Of a stretch of 64,000 nucleotides of DNA, positions 29,205 to 43,493 are shown piece by piece; position 1 is the first letter of the stretch; the number at the start of each line of letters is the position of its first letter. The notes under the pieces were generated by a model, which did not search any database, was not told the origin of the DNA, and worked only from the letters and a program-made list of their open reading frames with translations. Source of the stretch: Eledone cirrhosa (taxonomy: Eukaryota). The stretch spans positions 150,288,001-150,352,000 of the forward strand of contig OZ024741.1 of assembly GCA_964016885.1 (NCBI GenBank), read 5' to 3'. A program made the translations under genes and the position numbers.

Positions 29205-30004
29205 CAGTCACTTTGCATAATGGATAAAAACGCCTAACCGGCGTTCGATTCCTCATAGCAACCGATGGCAACTTCTTTTTTCCGTTTTTTAAGAGTCTTC
29301 ATCTTATTTTATATGCTATTTTATAGAATTTCTGCGAATGAACAAATCATTCTTTATACATACATACGTACGTACGTACCTACGCGCGCGCGTGTGTGTA
29401 ATAAGCACACACGTGTAGCTGTGTGTGCACGTATTCACGCGTGTGTTGCCCCAGTACATGTGACGTAAAACCAGCTGCCTGACCTTCTTCTAAGCAGAGA
29501 TGTCTATCGATAAAATTATTGGTTCAGACGACATAGCTCTTCTCTGTTTAAATCAACCAGGTTTACATTCGCTCCACCATCTTTGTTTTCTTTTATTTTT
29601 CTTTACGCTCATTCTGTTTGCCCGATAACAGTTCATTTATTTGTATAAAACACCATTCTCGCCTATCTGTCTGGTAGTAGGTAAGTATATTTTATCTAAA
29701 TGAGCTTCAAGGTGTAGGATTTTTATTAATATAATCATGTAGCAGGCTACAGTTCTTATTTAATCTATTCAGTTTGTTTGACTTCCAATTTATTGCAGGT
29801 CGAAGCCACAGTATATTACACAGTTTTATCTAGTGTGTCTGCACCAGCCATTTTGTTTTTAACATTCAGTTTTTTTATTATCTTTCGTGTGTCTTTGACT
29901 CATTTGTTTCTGTAGTTAACGTCTGGTAGTTTCTTTATTTTTTTTTCTTTTCATTTGTTTTCTCATCGTTGTAGTTGTTTGGAGTTGTTGATGCTGTTCA
30001 CCCT

Positions 30005-30007
30005 TTT

Positions 30008-30067
<60 letters not shown>

Positions 30068-30148
30068 TTTTTCTTTCTTTCTTCTTCTTCTTCTTCTTCT
30101 TCTTCTTCTTCTTCTTCTTCTTCTTCTTCTTCTTCTTCTTCTTCTTCA
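30005..30148. repeat. (TTTC)n/(TTC)n microsatellite
   Basis: Direct reading. Confidence 0.95.
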
Positions 30149-31234
30149 TCTATGCAGAATGCAGATACCATATCAATACAATTCAAAATATTTCTATAAA
30201 ATTTAAAGGTTTTATATAATATTAATTGTAATTCCTTATATAATATTGATGATAAATTGTAATTACGTGTACTGCAATGTTTTATAAAAATACAAAAAAA
30301 TGTAAGGAAATAAAATTAAAAATAGAAACAAAAAAGAAAATTAATTAAACGAAAAGAATGATTTTCCACAAATGAAAATCTTACAATCAAACACACGAAC
30401 CACAGCTAAATACCGTACAAATATTTTTAATTATCATTAAATACAGCTCTTATCTAGTTTAGTTTCTTATTTTAACGTACAATTATTGGAAATATTATGG
30501 ACGCAGCTATTGTTGAGTGGTTTAGAAGTTAGTTCCGCAACCACAAGACGCAGGTCTGATCCCAATGCGCAACATATGGATCCGGCGTATATATATGAAT
30601 TTCGTAGGTAGAATAGTGGCAGTGATTATGAAGATTCAGTTTAGTCATTTCATCTGGCTGCGTCCTGTGGAGACGGGTAGAATCACCAGACATGCCTTCT
30701 AGTAGGTTATACCACAAGCAAAATTGTATCCAAATGATCTGACTGAACCCACAAGCAAGACCAACCGAGGTTATGAATGTTATACAGCAATCTTGCTCGT
30801 GGTCTACCTTTTGGTCTCATGCCGGTTGGCTTTGTCCGTAAAATCTGTCCAGTGATTCTTTTCAATTACGTCTCCTTGTTCACGTCTTCCCTCATCCGTG
30901 TTACTACTCCTCGGATTACAGGACTGGGAACTCTCTGGTTCTGCTGCCAGTTCTTGTAGACTGCTGCAAGGATGGAAGCGAACAAGTCTGGCATATCTAC
31001 ATAAAATTCGTACCATTCTCGTAGCTAACATGTCAGCTGTAATTTTACTCTTTATCGCATTTTCTAGTTTAGGAATTAACTCCTCGCTGCTTTGTTTTTC
31101 TATTGCTACTTGAAAGCACATCACCACCCGTTGTTGGCGATTGTCCCTGCAGCACAAGACCAAGCGCTTGCTACCAATTCCGTCAAATATAATATTTACA
31201 AAATTTCTGACACCTAGAAATACAGCGTCTATGG

Positions 31235-31850
31235 AAAGAATGTTGAAAATGTGACCCTTGGTAAGTGAATGTGAAAGCCTTGCGCAAAAAGAATACAAGC
31301 ACGGCCACGATAAAGTCTGTCTATACCTTCATTGGCTTTTGTGTCGTAAATACCAATATGAAGTCATAGAAAATTTGTATGAGCATGTACTTTGTAAAGT
31401 AATGCAGGAAGATGGGAAAGCAACGATATTCTGGGATTATGATTTTCAAACTGATAGAGTAATTAAGCATCGTCGACCGGACATTATGGTGTTGAACAAG
31501 AAAGACAAATGTTACCCGATCATCAAAGTTGACATTCCAAATGACACGAATTCGCCAGGAACTCTGAATTGAAAGTGGAGCTGGCAAGACTATTTGGAAT
31601 ACAAGAGGGTAATGTCAAAGTGTAATCAGATCATTAGAGTTAATCCCATTGAAACTTCAAGACTACTTAAAGTGACTGGGAATACCATACAGGTTGGGTG
31701 TCATACAAAAGGCGGCTTTGCTGGGTACTGCACATTTTGAGGAAAGTATTACCTGTCTGAGATCCTTGTTGCGACTTGACAGATGACTAAATACTCCGGT
31801 GCATTATCCATCTGCATTGCGTGACAGCGATAATAATAATAATAATAATA
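31235..31850 (+). mobile_element. R4/Dong-like RLE non-LTR retrotransposon 3' fragment with (TAA)n tail
   Basis: CESLAQKEYKHGHDKV...HWLLC...TDRVIKHRRPDI (PD-D/ExK-type endonuclease); (TAA)n at 31830-31850. Confidence 0.8.
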
Positions 31851-31879
31851 GTTTTATTTTTATAGATGTCATTGAATTA

Positions 31880-32880
31880 CCGAGCACAACTCAGTGTGCC
31901 CCGGCTTTGTGCAGCGTTGTTTTTAGTGTTATTATTTCTATTGTATTGAGAGTACTCTTAGTAATATGACTGCAGTACCTAGTAGTGATATTTTTTTAAT
32001 GCTGTATATATTTGTAAGTCCTGGCATTTTGGTTGTGTATCAGTCTATGCGTTTTATTTTTTATCATTCACAGTGCACAAAATATTTTAAGGATTATTTG
32101 TTTCCATCATCGCTATTTGGGTTATTTTTTATCTTCATATCTTTATATATGGATAATTTCTCCATTTCTTTGTAGTCTGTGGGGATTGATACATAAACTA
32201 GAAGACACTTTTCCTTTGTGGCCTTTGACTGCAATATCCAGTCGGTAGGCTTTGTTCACCCTGTCTGTGTGTATTAGGATATCGCAGGGTATGGTTGCTT
32301 TGTCCTTCTATAATACCCTTTCTGGTGTATGTTTGTACCACCTTTTACCTGTTGGTAGTGTTGGCATAACTTCCAGTGCATGTAAATTCTAACTCTATCA
32401 TATCTGTGGATACACCCTTTTTTGGTTAAGGCTAGGCAGCCAGAGACAATATGGCTAACTGCTTCACAATTGTTTCACACATTCTGCAGTTACTGTGTTC
32501 TACTTCATTATGTATTTTCGGTGATTTCTGGTGGTTAGGCTTTAATCTTGTGCTGCAATAAGAAACTTTCCACCTCGGCTTTCAGTTCAGTGATTTTTAA
32601 CCATTTTTGTGAAATTTTATTGTCAACTTCTGCCAATGATTTCATGGCAGTTCCAAATCCTTTTTAACTCCCACTTTAAGTCCTGGTATCGGTTAATTTT
32701 CTCTCTCTCCTTCTCTTGCACTCTCGTGTCAAATGGGCAGGCTACATCTACAATCAGGCACGATCTTTTTCCCTTGTCCAAAACCACCAGGCCAGGCCTA
32801 TTGTGTTCTAATTTCTTGTCCGTCTGTATCCTATTATATCATAACACCTTCACCTCATCGTTTTCTATCACCGACTCTGT
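31880..32880 (-). mobile_element. Degenerate R4/Dong-like fragments
   Basis: Minus strand shows remnants of CRMC..HIVSGC and TDR....RLDI / TDK...RPGLVV motifs. Confidence 0.55.
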
Positions 32881-33104
32881 TATTATTATTATTATTGGCG
32901 ACCTACGTAGGAAATCGTATTATAGCTCCACAAAGGTTTGTTGTTTTCAGTTGTTTCAAATTGCCAGTTATGGAAAAGTTTTGTTGTGAAGTGTTTATAA
33001 GTTCACATATATTGCTTTCTGAAAGGAGACTCAATAATATTGGGGCCTTGAGCCCAAAATTTAAAGTTTTTATTTATCAAACAAAATATTTCTTTAAAGA
33101 AAAC

Positions 33105-35001
33105 ATGGACGACAAATCTCCTGTTTTTAGAAGACCCCCCCCACCACCACCACCACCAACATCATTGTAAGCCTTGCCATGGTTGCCAACACTGAAAATA
33201 TAATTAATAGCAGTTTCGATTATTTAGATTTGCCGCATAAAGACATGGATTTTCCGCCATTATCAATAACTGCAGATGTTAAAGCCGCCACCCCCACCAC
33301 CACAATGTCAAAAAGAACAACCAACACCAATGATACCACCACCACCACCACCACCACCACCACCACCACCACAGCGACAACAGAAACAAAAAATAAATTA
33401 TTATTTCGTGACATCGAAATGGATTCACCCAGAATCAACTCTTCCACAACTGACACGACGACGACGACGACGACGACCACCACCACAACTGAAACTAAAA
33501 ATAAGAATAACAGAAATAACAATAACAACAACAGCAACAACAACAACAACAACAACAATGAGAATAACAAAAACAACATCAACACCAGCGCAAAACAAAA
33601 TGTGTCGTTTGTCAAAGCAGCCAAGAAAAGCGAAACAATCGAGGTAAGAATTGAATGAAGCCAAGCGAATGGTAAAAAAAGATGGGTACATGGTCAGCCT
33701 TAACCCCCCCCCCCCCTCACCCCATCTAAGAAAATGGAGCATCGGCGCCTATGCACGTGTCATATCGGACGATAAACACAAAATCACGCCGAGTGGAACG
33801 GGCATCCGAGTCCCAGATACAAAAAGCTTTGGGACATGTGTGGGCGAAAAAACCCCACATAAGACGTGGGCAGAAATGTGGAACCGTGGACGTATTCTTT
33901 GGAACCCCACAGGAAGCCAGAGAACACTCCATGACCCGATTAAGAAGTGTCGAGTTCACACTCGTCCCAAGCTATTGTGGTCAGAGACTCGTGAAGATCA
34001 GAGTGACCCACGTTCCGCCGGCCATCGAAATTCCCTGGCTAATGGCTGCCGTCCTCGCCGACATCGAGGCCAACATGAAAATAATTGAGGCAACAAAAGA
34101 AAAGCAGGAGAACTGGTCCGGATCTGGGATGGAGCTCCTGATCCAAGCGGACCAAAAAACATTGAGGAAATTCCAGAGGTGATAGACCTCACTGACGGCA
34201 GCCACCTCACCGTAATCGTTGAGGGTAGAAGGCCTAGATGTGTCGTTTGTGGTGAAGGAACCCACCTAAAGGTTTTCTGCCCTCAGGCTAAAAAGTTGAG
34301 ACCACCTCTCCTACCCACCCCAGTGACTCAACCATCAAAACCAGCAGCAGAAATGGCAGCAACAACTGTAGCAGCAAGAACAGAAGCAACGGTAGCAGCA
34401 ACAATCCCAGCAACTGTAGCAGCAAAAGTAACAAAACCAACACCACCACCACCCACCGCTCCAGAATTAGCACCAGCGCCTCCACCATCCACCACGCCAC
34501 AACCAAAACCAAGAAAAAAAAGAAAAGAACCCCCAAAAGAAAAAAATCCTCTTCCTTCGCCCTCCAAAAACAAAATGCAGGGGGAAACAAATAAGCAAAC
34601 AAACAAAAAAGTCAAGACAGCTATGCCACCACCCACACCAGCATCACCAACCCCATCACCCCAAACACCAACACCATCACCATCATTAACCCCACAACCA
34701 CCATCACCAACACCACAAAAATCACCAAAAAGCGAAACAGAAACAAACCCCAACAAACGCAAACAAAACAAAACAACCAAAACGATACACACTGCACAGC
34801 ATTAAATTTGAACAACCAATTATTACACTACATCCAACACAACACCAGCATCACAGAAAATACTACACAACACCCCACTTCCACACATACAAATCACTCG
34901 CATCACACAGAAAACGTACACGACACTGAAACAAAAATTCCCCAAGGACATTGGAGACTTCCGACAAACACTCTCCAGGAGGATTTATAAGGACATAATT
35001 C
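33105..35001 (+). pseudogene. LINE ORF1 (gag-like, CCHC knuckle, Pro/Thr-rich), frameshifted
   Basis: SFVKAAK, RRM-like segment, VIVEGRRPRCVVCGEGTHLKVFCP knuckle; split over several frames. Confidence 0.75.
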
Positions 35002-35101
35002 CGAAGGAGGCCACAAGCAGTGAGAAAGATGGAGAAACCATACTGCCTCTACGAGAAGTGAGGTAAGTGGTCTTTCCCATCTTTTTCCATCCCTTTTCAA
35101 C

Positions 35102-37984
35102 ATGACCTCACTCAGAATAGGCAGCATAAATGCGCGTGGCCTGGGGTCGTCATGGAAGCAGGGCCACCTTCTCAACGACCTCAGGTCACTAAACATAGAT
35201 GTGGTGGCCATCAGCGAGACCAAAATCTCCGAAGCACGAGTCTTCGCACCTATCTTCGGTGGCTACGATGTGTACGCATCTCCCAGCCGTCCTGGATCGG
35301 GGGGTGGAGTTGCTGTGCTTTTTCGGAGAGGTTTGGATCTCCCCTTACGGGCCATCTTCCTGGACCCAGAAGGTAAGTTGGTGGTGCTGGACGTGACCAG
35401 CGGAGACGGGCAAGCTTTCAGGCTAGTGGCCGTCTATGCCCCGACAGGAGCAGGGTGGTCTGATTTCTTCCGGCGTCAGGAGACTTTTCTAGGAACGTCC
35501 CGCTCTTTAGTGATAGGGGGCGACTGGAACGGGATCTTAGATGTACGCTGGGACTGTGTGGGATTAGCGGATAGGGGAGGAGGGTGTAAGAGCCCCACCA
35601 ACCTGCTCAGGCGTTTTGAACAGTCTGACAGGTACCGATTGGATTTCCCGAATGTGCCAATGTGGACTTGGACAAATCGCATAGGGTCATCCAGATCATA
35701 TCTAGAAGAGTACGACGGGCGCATGCTACTTGATTCTGGGAAAATGTGTGAAGCTTTTCAGCGACACTTCGCACAGCTGTTCAGGGGCAGCGGCGGGCCG
35801 GATCGAGGGATGGACTTTAGTGTCTACCTCGACGGACTGCCGCGGCTCTCGGCCACTGAGGCGGAGTGTTGCGAAAAGCTGATAACAGCCGCTGAAGTAC
35901 GGGAGGCAATAACTGGCTGCACAAGGGGTAAATCGCCTGGTTTGGATGGTCTGGCCTATGAACTTTACGTACAGATTCCAGACTTGTTCGGAGGCCTCTT
36001 GGCAGACGTCTACTGTAACTGGCAACAGAACGGGAGAATTCCCAGCTCTGTGAGCCGAGGAGCTGTGGTGCTGCTGAGAAAGGATCCGAACAAGGGGGAT
36101 AACATAGATAATTTCCGGCCCATAACTCTGCTAAACACAGAGTTCAAGATTTTGGCCAAGGTGCTAGCAAAGAGGTTGGCGCTTGTCGTTGGTGGTCTGG
36201 TGGGAGAGGCACAGACATGCGCCATTCCCGACAGATCCATCCACGACAACCTCCACCTCATGCGATACATCGTAGAGAGGGTAGCTAGGGAACCTGGCAC
36301 GGGTGGGTCTTTGATCAATTTAGATCAGTCGAAAGCCTTCGATAGGGTCGACCATCGTTACCTAGCGGCAGTCCTGAGGGCGGCTGGCTTTGGGCCCGTC
36401 TTCAGAGGCTGGATCGCTGCCATGCACAGCGACATCTGCTCTGTAGTGAGAGTGAACGGTCACCTTTCGGAACCGTTCAACATCATGCGCTCGGTCCGCC
36501 AAGGATGTCCCCTCTCGTCCCTATTGTACGTATTGACTCTCGAGCCATTACTGCACAAACTGGAGACGTTGAGGGGCGTCCCGCGCGAACTAGGATGCGG
36601 AAGATCCGTGTCAGTATATGCCGACGATGTCACCGTAGTGGTGTCGAACGCCAAACACATCGAGGCGATCGGCACTACACTAAGAGAATACGAAGCAGTG
36701 ACAGGAGCAATGATCAACCAGGAAAAGTCAGTGGGCCTGCAGCTCGGCACCTGGAGAGGCAGGTCCATGCCGTCCAACAGCGTCGTCGGGCGCTGGACGG
36801 ACTGACCGGTTAAATTGCTAGGGGTCTGGTTCGGTCCAGACCTCCAGACGGACAAAAACTGGGACGAGGTGACGAGCAGGGTGGCTTCTCACACCCAGAA
36901 ATGGGCCGAGAGGAAGCTATCCCTGAAAGGTCGAGCGGAGGTGGCGAATGCGTACATCGCATCCGTCATCTACTACCGCCTGACCGTCGTACCTTGTCCT
37001 AAGCCCCGCCTGACTGCGCTGGAGCGTTTGCTCTTTCGCTTCTTGTGGAAGGGACGCGCTCCGATGGTCAGGCGGTCCATATGCTGTTAACACCCGCTAC
37101 GTGGAGGGCTGGGCATGCCGTGGCTGATGATGCGCAGACACGCGCTCAGGCTACGGCATCTCCACCTCTTCCTCGACGGTGATCAGGTGTGGTCGCCGTT
37201 TGCTAGGCACGTTTTTCCCCAGCTTGTCTCCTTGACGGAGTTGCAGTCCTGGGTCAAGCGAAGACCGAGAGGGAGCGCTTGGAGACTGGAATGTCTTCAG
37301 GCGCTCACAGCCCTCGACCAATCGGGCAATGTGATCGGTGGAAACTCCACCTTGGCTTTCTATAGGGGATTAGTGGAGGGGAAGAGCGACGGCGTACTTG
37401 GAGAAACTCTAGGCGTCGACGAAAATCAACTAGCCAATCTCTTCGGAAGGACTTTTGGGCCCGGGCCTATGGACAACTTCCAGAAATCCCTGGCCTGGCA
37501 GTGCTACCGGGGAGCTTTGCCAGTTCGGGATAAACTCTACAGGCATGGAGGTGCCGTCAGCCGGGCATGTCCGAGATGCGCGCAGGGCGACGAAACCGTC
37601 CTGCACGCACTCGTCCAGTGTCCGAGCATTGCTGACTTGTGGGTTTATGTCGAACACCTGCTGTCACGTGTAGGACGGATCCAGCTATCAGCTGAGTCCA
37701 TCGTGAGGATTGCCCCGCCCCCTTTCTTTAGCCGGGAAGGGCAGGCAGTTTTTATCTGTCTGGTGGCCATGGCGAAAGAGATAGTATGGTGGACACGTTT
37801 GAAAGGGCTGAAGACGAGCACTTACCTCTTCGGTGATGCCCTGATTAACTTTTTCAAATTTCATTTGAAAAGGAAAATCAGGGTAGAGAGGGAAATGCTC
37901 TCTTCCCAGCATTTTGTTGAAAGATGGGTGAGAGAAGCAAGTATGGCCCGAATGAATGGGCCTTCTCTGAGTATGTGTCTGTAA
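35102..37984 (+). pseudogene. LINE ORF2 with internal deletion and two stops
   Basis: GGDWN, YADD and CPRC motifs; in-frame loss of ~540 bp at ~35707 versus copy 1; stops at 36803-36805 and 37088-37090. Confidence 0.92.
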
Positions 37985-38225
37985 ATTAAGGGTGGAAAAC
38001 TGGGAGAGGGCACTTGCCCTGGTGGTCAGGGTCACTGTGGTCTTTTAATGGGCTTTCTCCACAAATGTCCCTCGGAAGTCTCCCCCCTATTGGGGAATTT
38101 TTCTTTGTTATTTTATTTCATCCTCTGTTTTTTACACGCATAAATGCCCATTTGTACCGTCCTGTATTGTCCTGTACTGTCCTTAATGTCTACTTTATGT
38201 AAACCCTTGTGGTTAATAAAGAAAA

Positions 38226-38268
<43 letters not shown>

Positions 38269-38269
<1 letters not shown>

Positions 38270-39370
38270 GTATTCCTTTTCCTTCAGTATTGTTTCTGAT
38301 ATATGCCGAGTGTCTTCCTGACACATAGGGCAAATAAATTCACTGTATACATTGGTAAGCCAGTTAATACACCACATTGAATGTAATTTACAGCTTATTC
38401 TTACAGAGGGATATCATTCTTACAGAGATAGTGTTCTACTCTATACGTATGCAGTACCAGTCAAAACAATTTTTTGCACCTCTTGCAGAGAGGGTAAACC
38501 AGTAATCATCCTCAATTACTGTTCTGTTCATTACTTGATCAATCCCAGTCCTTCCACAATCACTGGTATTGTAACGAGCTTGAGGTGCCACATTTTTGAT
38601 TTCAATAAGCAGATCTTTATATTTTCTTAGCTTGTTGAATTCTTTTGCCTCGCTATTGTGATCACATAGGATGCTCATATCAATCAGTAAACAGACCTTA
38701 TGTTGATCTTTTACAATGATATCTGGTCTATTAGCTTTAATGGTCTTGTCAGTATGTACAGGAAATCCCAAAGAATTGTTACTTTTTCTCCTTCAGATAC
38801 AGCCTCAGGTGATGATTGTACCACTTGTCAGCAGCTTTGATTTTATAATGCCGACATATTACCCAGTGTAGATATTGGCCAACTCTGTCGTGTTTATATT
38901 TCTACTCTAATGGGGCCAAAACTTTACATCCAGAAAATAGGTGGTCCACTGTTTCAACCTCAACATTGCAGAATCCGCACTTTGGAATTACTCCATTTCT
39001 CATCACATTGGCCTGGTAATTCCGTGTCAGTAAGCTTTGATCTTGGGCAGCTAAGATGAAGCCTTCGCATCGAACTACGTAGCCACTGATAGGTGTGCTT
39101 TTCGTCAACATCAGCTTGTTTGCTACGGGCCACATATTTGCCATGCAGAGGTTTCTGCTCCCACTTTGATGCTAATTGCTCTTGCCCTTTTGCTTTTGCC
39201 ATTAATTTTATGTGCTTAGCAGCAACAATTGAAACAGTTTCCTCAGTCTGTCCAGCCTGGGGATCAAGCATGAGATCAGTAGCATATTTTTTGCTCTCCT
39301 TCAAGATAGAATGAAGCTTCTTACTTCTCTCATGTTTTTCAACAAGTTTCTGCATACAGTCGTTTGTTGT
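38269..39370 (-). mobile_element. R4/Dong-like RLE retrotransposon 3' part
   Basis: WEQKPLHGKY, EGFILAAQDQSLLTRNY, CGFC..ETVDHLFSGC, TDKTIKANRPDI..IDMSI; its (TAA)n tail is the array at 38228-38268. Confidence 0.85.
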
Positions 39371-39389
39371 AATTATTATTATTATTATT

Positions 39390-39576
39390 GTGGATTGGCA
39401 GTATCAGTAGAGGGTCAGACGCCATGCTTTGCAGCATAGAGTTACGCCTCTTTATGGTCTGAGTTCAAATCCCACCGAGGTTAACTTTGCCTTTCATCCT
39501 TAGGGGGTCGATAAAATAAAGTACCAGTAATGCACTGGATTAATTGCTGGTTTTGTGCCAAAAGTAGAAACAATTA
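39390..39576 (+). mobile_element. SINE (same family as 4131-4316)
   Basis: High similarity to 4131-4316; preceded by (TTA)n. Confidence 0.82.
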
Positions 39577-39589
39577 TTATTTTCTTTCT

Positions 39590-41005
39590 TCGTCTATCAA
39601 CACGTGCTACAGATCCTTCCTGTAAGTATTTTTATTAGATACTTATTGTTAGTGTTTTATAGTTAAACTAACCAAGTTTGTCGTGAGCTGGTTAATTTTT
39701 CTCTACCTGAAGCCCATAAGAGCTAAAGCCAAGTTTATTTTTCAAATACGCCCCTCAATGTTTTAAAGAAAAAATATGGTGGACGACGAATTTTCGTCCG
39801 TAAAAGAGTACAGTCAGCTGTCCACAGAAGGGAACAGCAGAAGGTCAACGTCCTCCTCCTCCTCATCATCAATAACAACATAACACAGGAAATGAAAGAA
39901 AAATACGAAATTAATTTACCCGAAATTGAAAGCTTTGACACCACCAACAGAAGAACAAAGAAAAACCTAAACCAGGAAAAAACATCACTAGCCCAAACAC
40001 TGCCACCCGTACAACCCACATTAACACTACCAACACTATCAACACCTCTACCACTGCAATAACAAACATATAATAGAAACAAACAACAAAAATGACAATA
40101 ATGACAATAATGATAATAACAATAAAAATGACAATAACAACATGAACAAAAACAACAATAACAACAATAAAAACTACAATAAATACATTCGCAGCAAAGG
40201 TTAAGGAAGCAATACAACTTTTCAGCATGAATATTTCAAGACATATGTTTATCCCAAGCGATAAACTAATCAAACTAAAAAAGTCATGGGCTGAAGTGGC
40301 CATCCCCACGAGGTGTTGGCAACGACAAAATAATTAATTTACAAATGCGTGTCTAGAAACACAAGATGGCCGGAACGAAGCGATTCACATCAAGGTAGAA
40401 AGAGCATTGAAGGACATAATACCTGATATACAGCACATTGCAAGATTCTGGCAGTTTGCGCGCATTTCAGTGTTCTTCAAGACTGAAGCCTGGCCATCAA
40501 ACAATATGTGGCTTCTCTGTGTACGCGACAAATATGTTCTTTATCTATCATTTATACGGAGAAGAACAGTAAGGGTTAACATTTCCGGGATCCCACCAGA
40601 GGTGAATATCTGGTGCATCTTGATCCTCGTGGCTCTGAAAGGCAGTGATACAACCTACAAGTAAGTAGAACACATAAAACCAGATATCAGTCACCTTTCA
40701 GGAGTGGTGTTACATGTTACAGTTGACAGCAAAAAGCCTCGTTATCATCTATGCGTGGTGACTGGCCACTTGAGAGGTTTCTGCCCTCAATCAAAAGGCT
40801 TCCTTACCGTCAAACTCTAGGGCCCCAACAGCCATAACAAAAACAAAAACCGAGGCACACATCCCCGTAGCAGCAGCAACATCAACAGCATTGATAGCAA
40901 AATCAGTAATTGCTGCAGCAGCAGCAACAACACCAGCACCAGTACCAGTAACAATAGCAACAGTAAAATGAACACCACCCCATTACCACCACCATCAACA
41001 GCAGG
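39590..41005 (+). pseudogene. Degenerate Tx1-like 5' UTR/ORF1 remnant
   Basis: Asn/Thr-rich region, VRVNISGIPPEVNI, KKPRYHLCVVTGHLRGFCPQ knuckle remnant, collinear with ORF1 at 33-35 kb. Confidence 0.6.
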
Positions 41006-41009
41006 AAGA

Positions 41010-42090
41010 ACACACAGCTACCACACACACACTACCAGCGACCACACACACACACACTACCAGCTACCACACACACACTACCAGCTAACACACACACACT
41101 ACCAGCTACCACACACACACTACCAGCTACCACACACACTACCAGCTACCACACACACACTACCAGCTACCACACACACACTACCAGCTACCACACACAC
41201 ACACTACCAGCGACCACACACACACAACCAGCGACCACACACACACACACTACCAGCTACCACACACACACTACCAGCTACCACACACACACTACCAGCT
41301 ACCACACACACACACACTACCAGCTACCACACACACACACTACCAGCTACCACACACACACACTACCAGCTACCACACACACACTACCAGCGACCAAACA
41401 CACACGCACACTACCAGCTACCACACACACACTACCAGCGACCACTCACACACTAGCAGCGACCACACACACACTACCAGCTACCACACACACACTACCA
41501 GCTACCACACACACACACTACCAGCGACCACACACACACACTACCAGCTACCACACACGCACACACTACCAGCTACCACACATACACTACCAGCTACCAC
41601 ACACACACATACTACCAGCTACCACACATACACTACCAGCAACCACACACACACACTACCAGCGACCACACACACACACTACCAGCGACCACACACACAC
41701 ACGACCAGCTACCACACACACACACACTACCAGCGACCACACACACACTACCAGCTACCACACACACACTACCAGCTACCACACACACACTAGCAGCGAC
41801 CACACAGCGACTACCGACCACACACACACACTACCAGCTACCACACACACATTAGCAGCGACCACACACACACTAGCAGCGACCACACACACACTAGCAG
41901 CGACCACACACACACTACCAGCGACCACACCCACACTACCAGCTACTACACATACACACACTACCAGCTACCACACACACACACTACCAGCGACCACACA
42001 CACACACACACTACCAGCAACCACACACACACTACCAGCTACCACACACACACACACTACCAGCGACCACACACACACTACTAGCTACCA
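41010..42090. repeat. Minisatellite, ~19-25 bp unit (CA)n-CTACCAGC(T/G)AC
   Basis: Direct reading. Confidence 0.95.
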
Positions 42091-42364
42091 CACAGACACA
42101 CGCACGCACACACACACACACACGCAAACACACACACGCAGAAACTCATATACTTCTATTTTCAACAGATTGAGTTGAACGAGTATCGATAACTATCAAT
42201 ACCACATGACACAATACAGTTGATAAAATTCCACATGAAATCTAAGAACAATATCGATCTAATGTTGTTTTGGAGCCAACTGTTTCCGCTAAACTTCACA
42301 ATCAATCACAATTTATTGTGATTGATTGTGGAAAATTTCCGTGAAATGGTAGAGCCAAACAGAT

Positions 42365-42957
42365 GGGTGTACGTGTGTGAATGTATAAATCTGTGTGTGT
42401 GTGTATGCGTGTATGTGTGTGTATGTATGTGTGAATGTACAAATGTGTGTGTGTGTGTGTGTACGTATGTGTATGTGTTTCTGTGTCTGTGTTTCTGTGT
42501 GTTTGTGTGTGTGTGTACGTGCGTGTGTGTTTTTTTTTTGTGTGTGTGTGTGTATGCGTGTATGTGTGTGTATGTATGTGTGAATGTACAAATGTATGTG
42601 TGTGTGTCTGTACGTATGTGTGTGTGTTTGTGTGTGTGTGTTTCTGTGTGTTTGTGGATGTGTGTCTACGTGTGTGTGTGTGTGTTTGTGTGTGTTTCTG
42701 TGTGTATGTGTGTATGCATGCGTGTATGTGTGTGTATGTATGTGTGAATGTGAAAACGTGTGTGTGTGTATATGCGTTTGCAAATATGTGTGTTTCTGTG
42801 TGTGCAAATGCGTGTGTGTGTAAATATGTATGTATGTGTGTATAAATGTGTGTATGTGTGTGTGTATGTATGTGTATATGTGAGTGTGCAAATGTGTGTT
42901 GGTGTGTGTGTATGTGTCTGCAAATGTGTGTGTGTGAATGAAAATGTATGTATGTGT

Positions 42958-43010
<53 letters not shown>

Positions 43011-43375
43011 TGTATATGTGAGTGTGCAAATGTGTGTGTGTGTGTATGTGTCGGCAAATGTGTGTGTGTGAATGCAAATATGTGTTTGAGTGAAGGTGGA
43101 AATGTGTGCGTGTGTATGTATGTGTGTGTATATATGAGTGAGTGTGCAAATGTGTGTGTGTGAAAATGTGTGTGTGTGTGTGTGTGTGTATTTGTATGTA
43201 TGTCTGTGTATGGGTGAATGCGTGTGTGTATGCGTTTATGTATTTGTGTGTTTGCAAAGGTATGTGAATGTGTGTGTGTGTAAATATATATAAATGTCTG
43301 TGTGTATTTGTCTGTCTACGCACGTGTGTTTGTGTGTGTATGTTTGTGTTTATTTTGTGTGTGTATGTTTGTGTT
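42365..43375. repeat. Degenerate (TG)n low-complexity tract
   Basis: Direct reading. Confidence 0.9.
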
Positions 43376-43435
43376 ATATATATATAAATAAAATAAGAGG
43401 AGGCTGGACTGGTGTAAATCCTTGAAAGGTTTATT

Positions 43436-43493
43436 ATACTATGATCATTTCAATGATCGGGTTCCATATGAATCCGGTGATATCATCAGGTAT
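43436..43493 (-). ncRNA. Type-I hammerhead ribozyme within an inverted-repeat element (43385-43630)
   Basis: Minus strand: ATAC-CTGATGA-stem II (CGGATTC/GAACCCG)-GAAA-TGATCA-TA-GTAT. Confidence 0.72.

Larger units (their letters stand above)
32897..38268 (+). mobile_element. Tx1/L1-clade LINE, copy 2, near full length
   Basis: 5' UTR, ORF1, ORF2, 3' UTR; bounded by (TTA)n on both sides (32881-32896 and 38228-38268). Confidence 0.9.
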
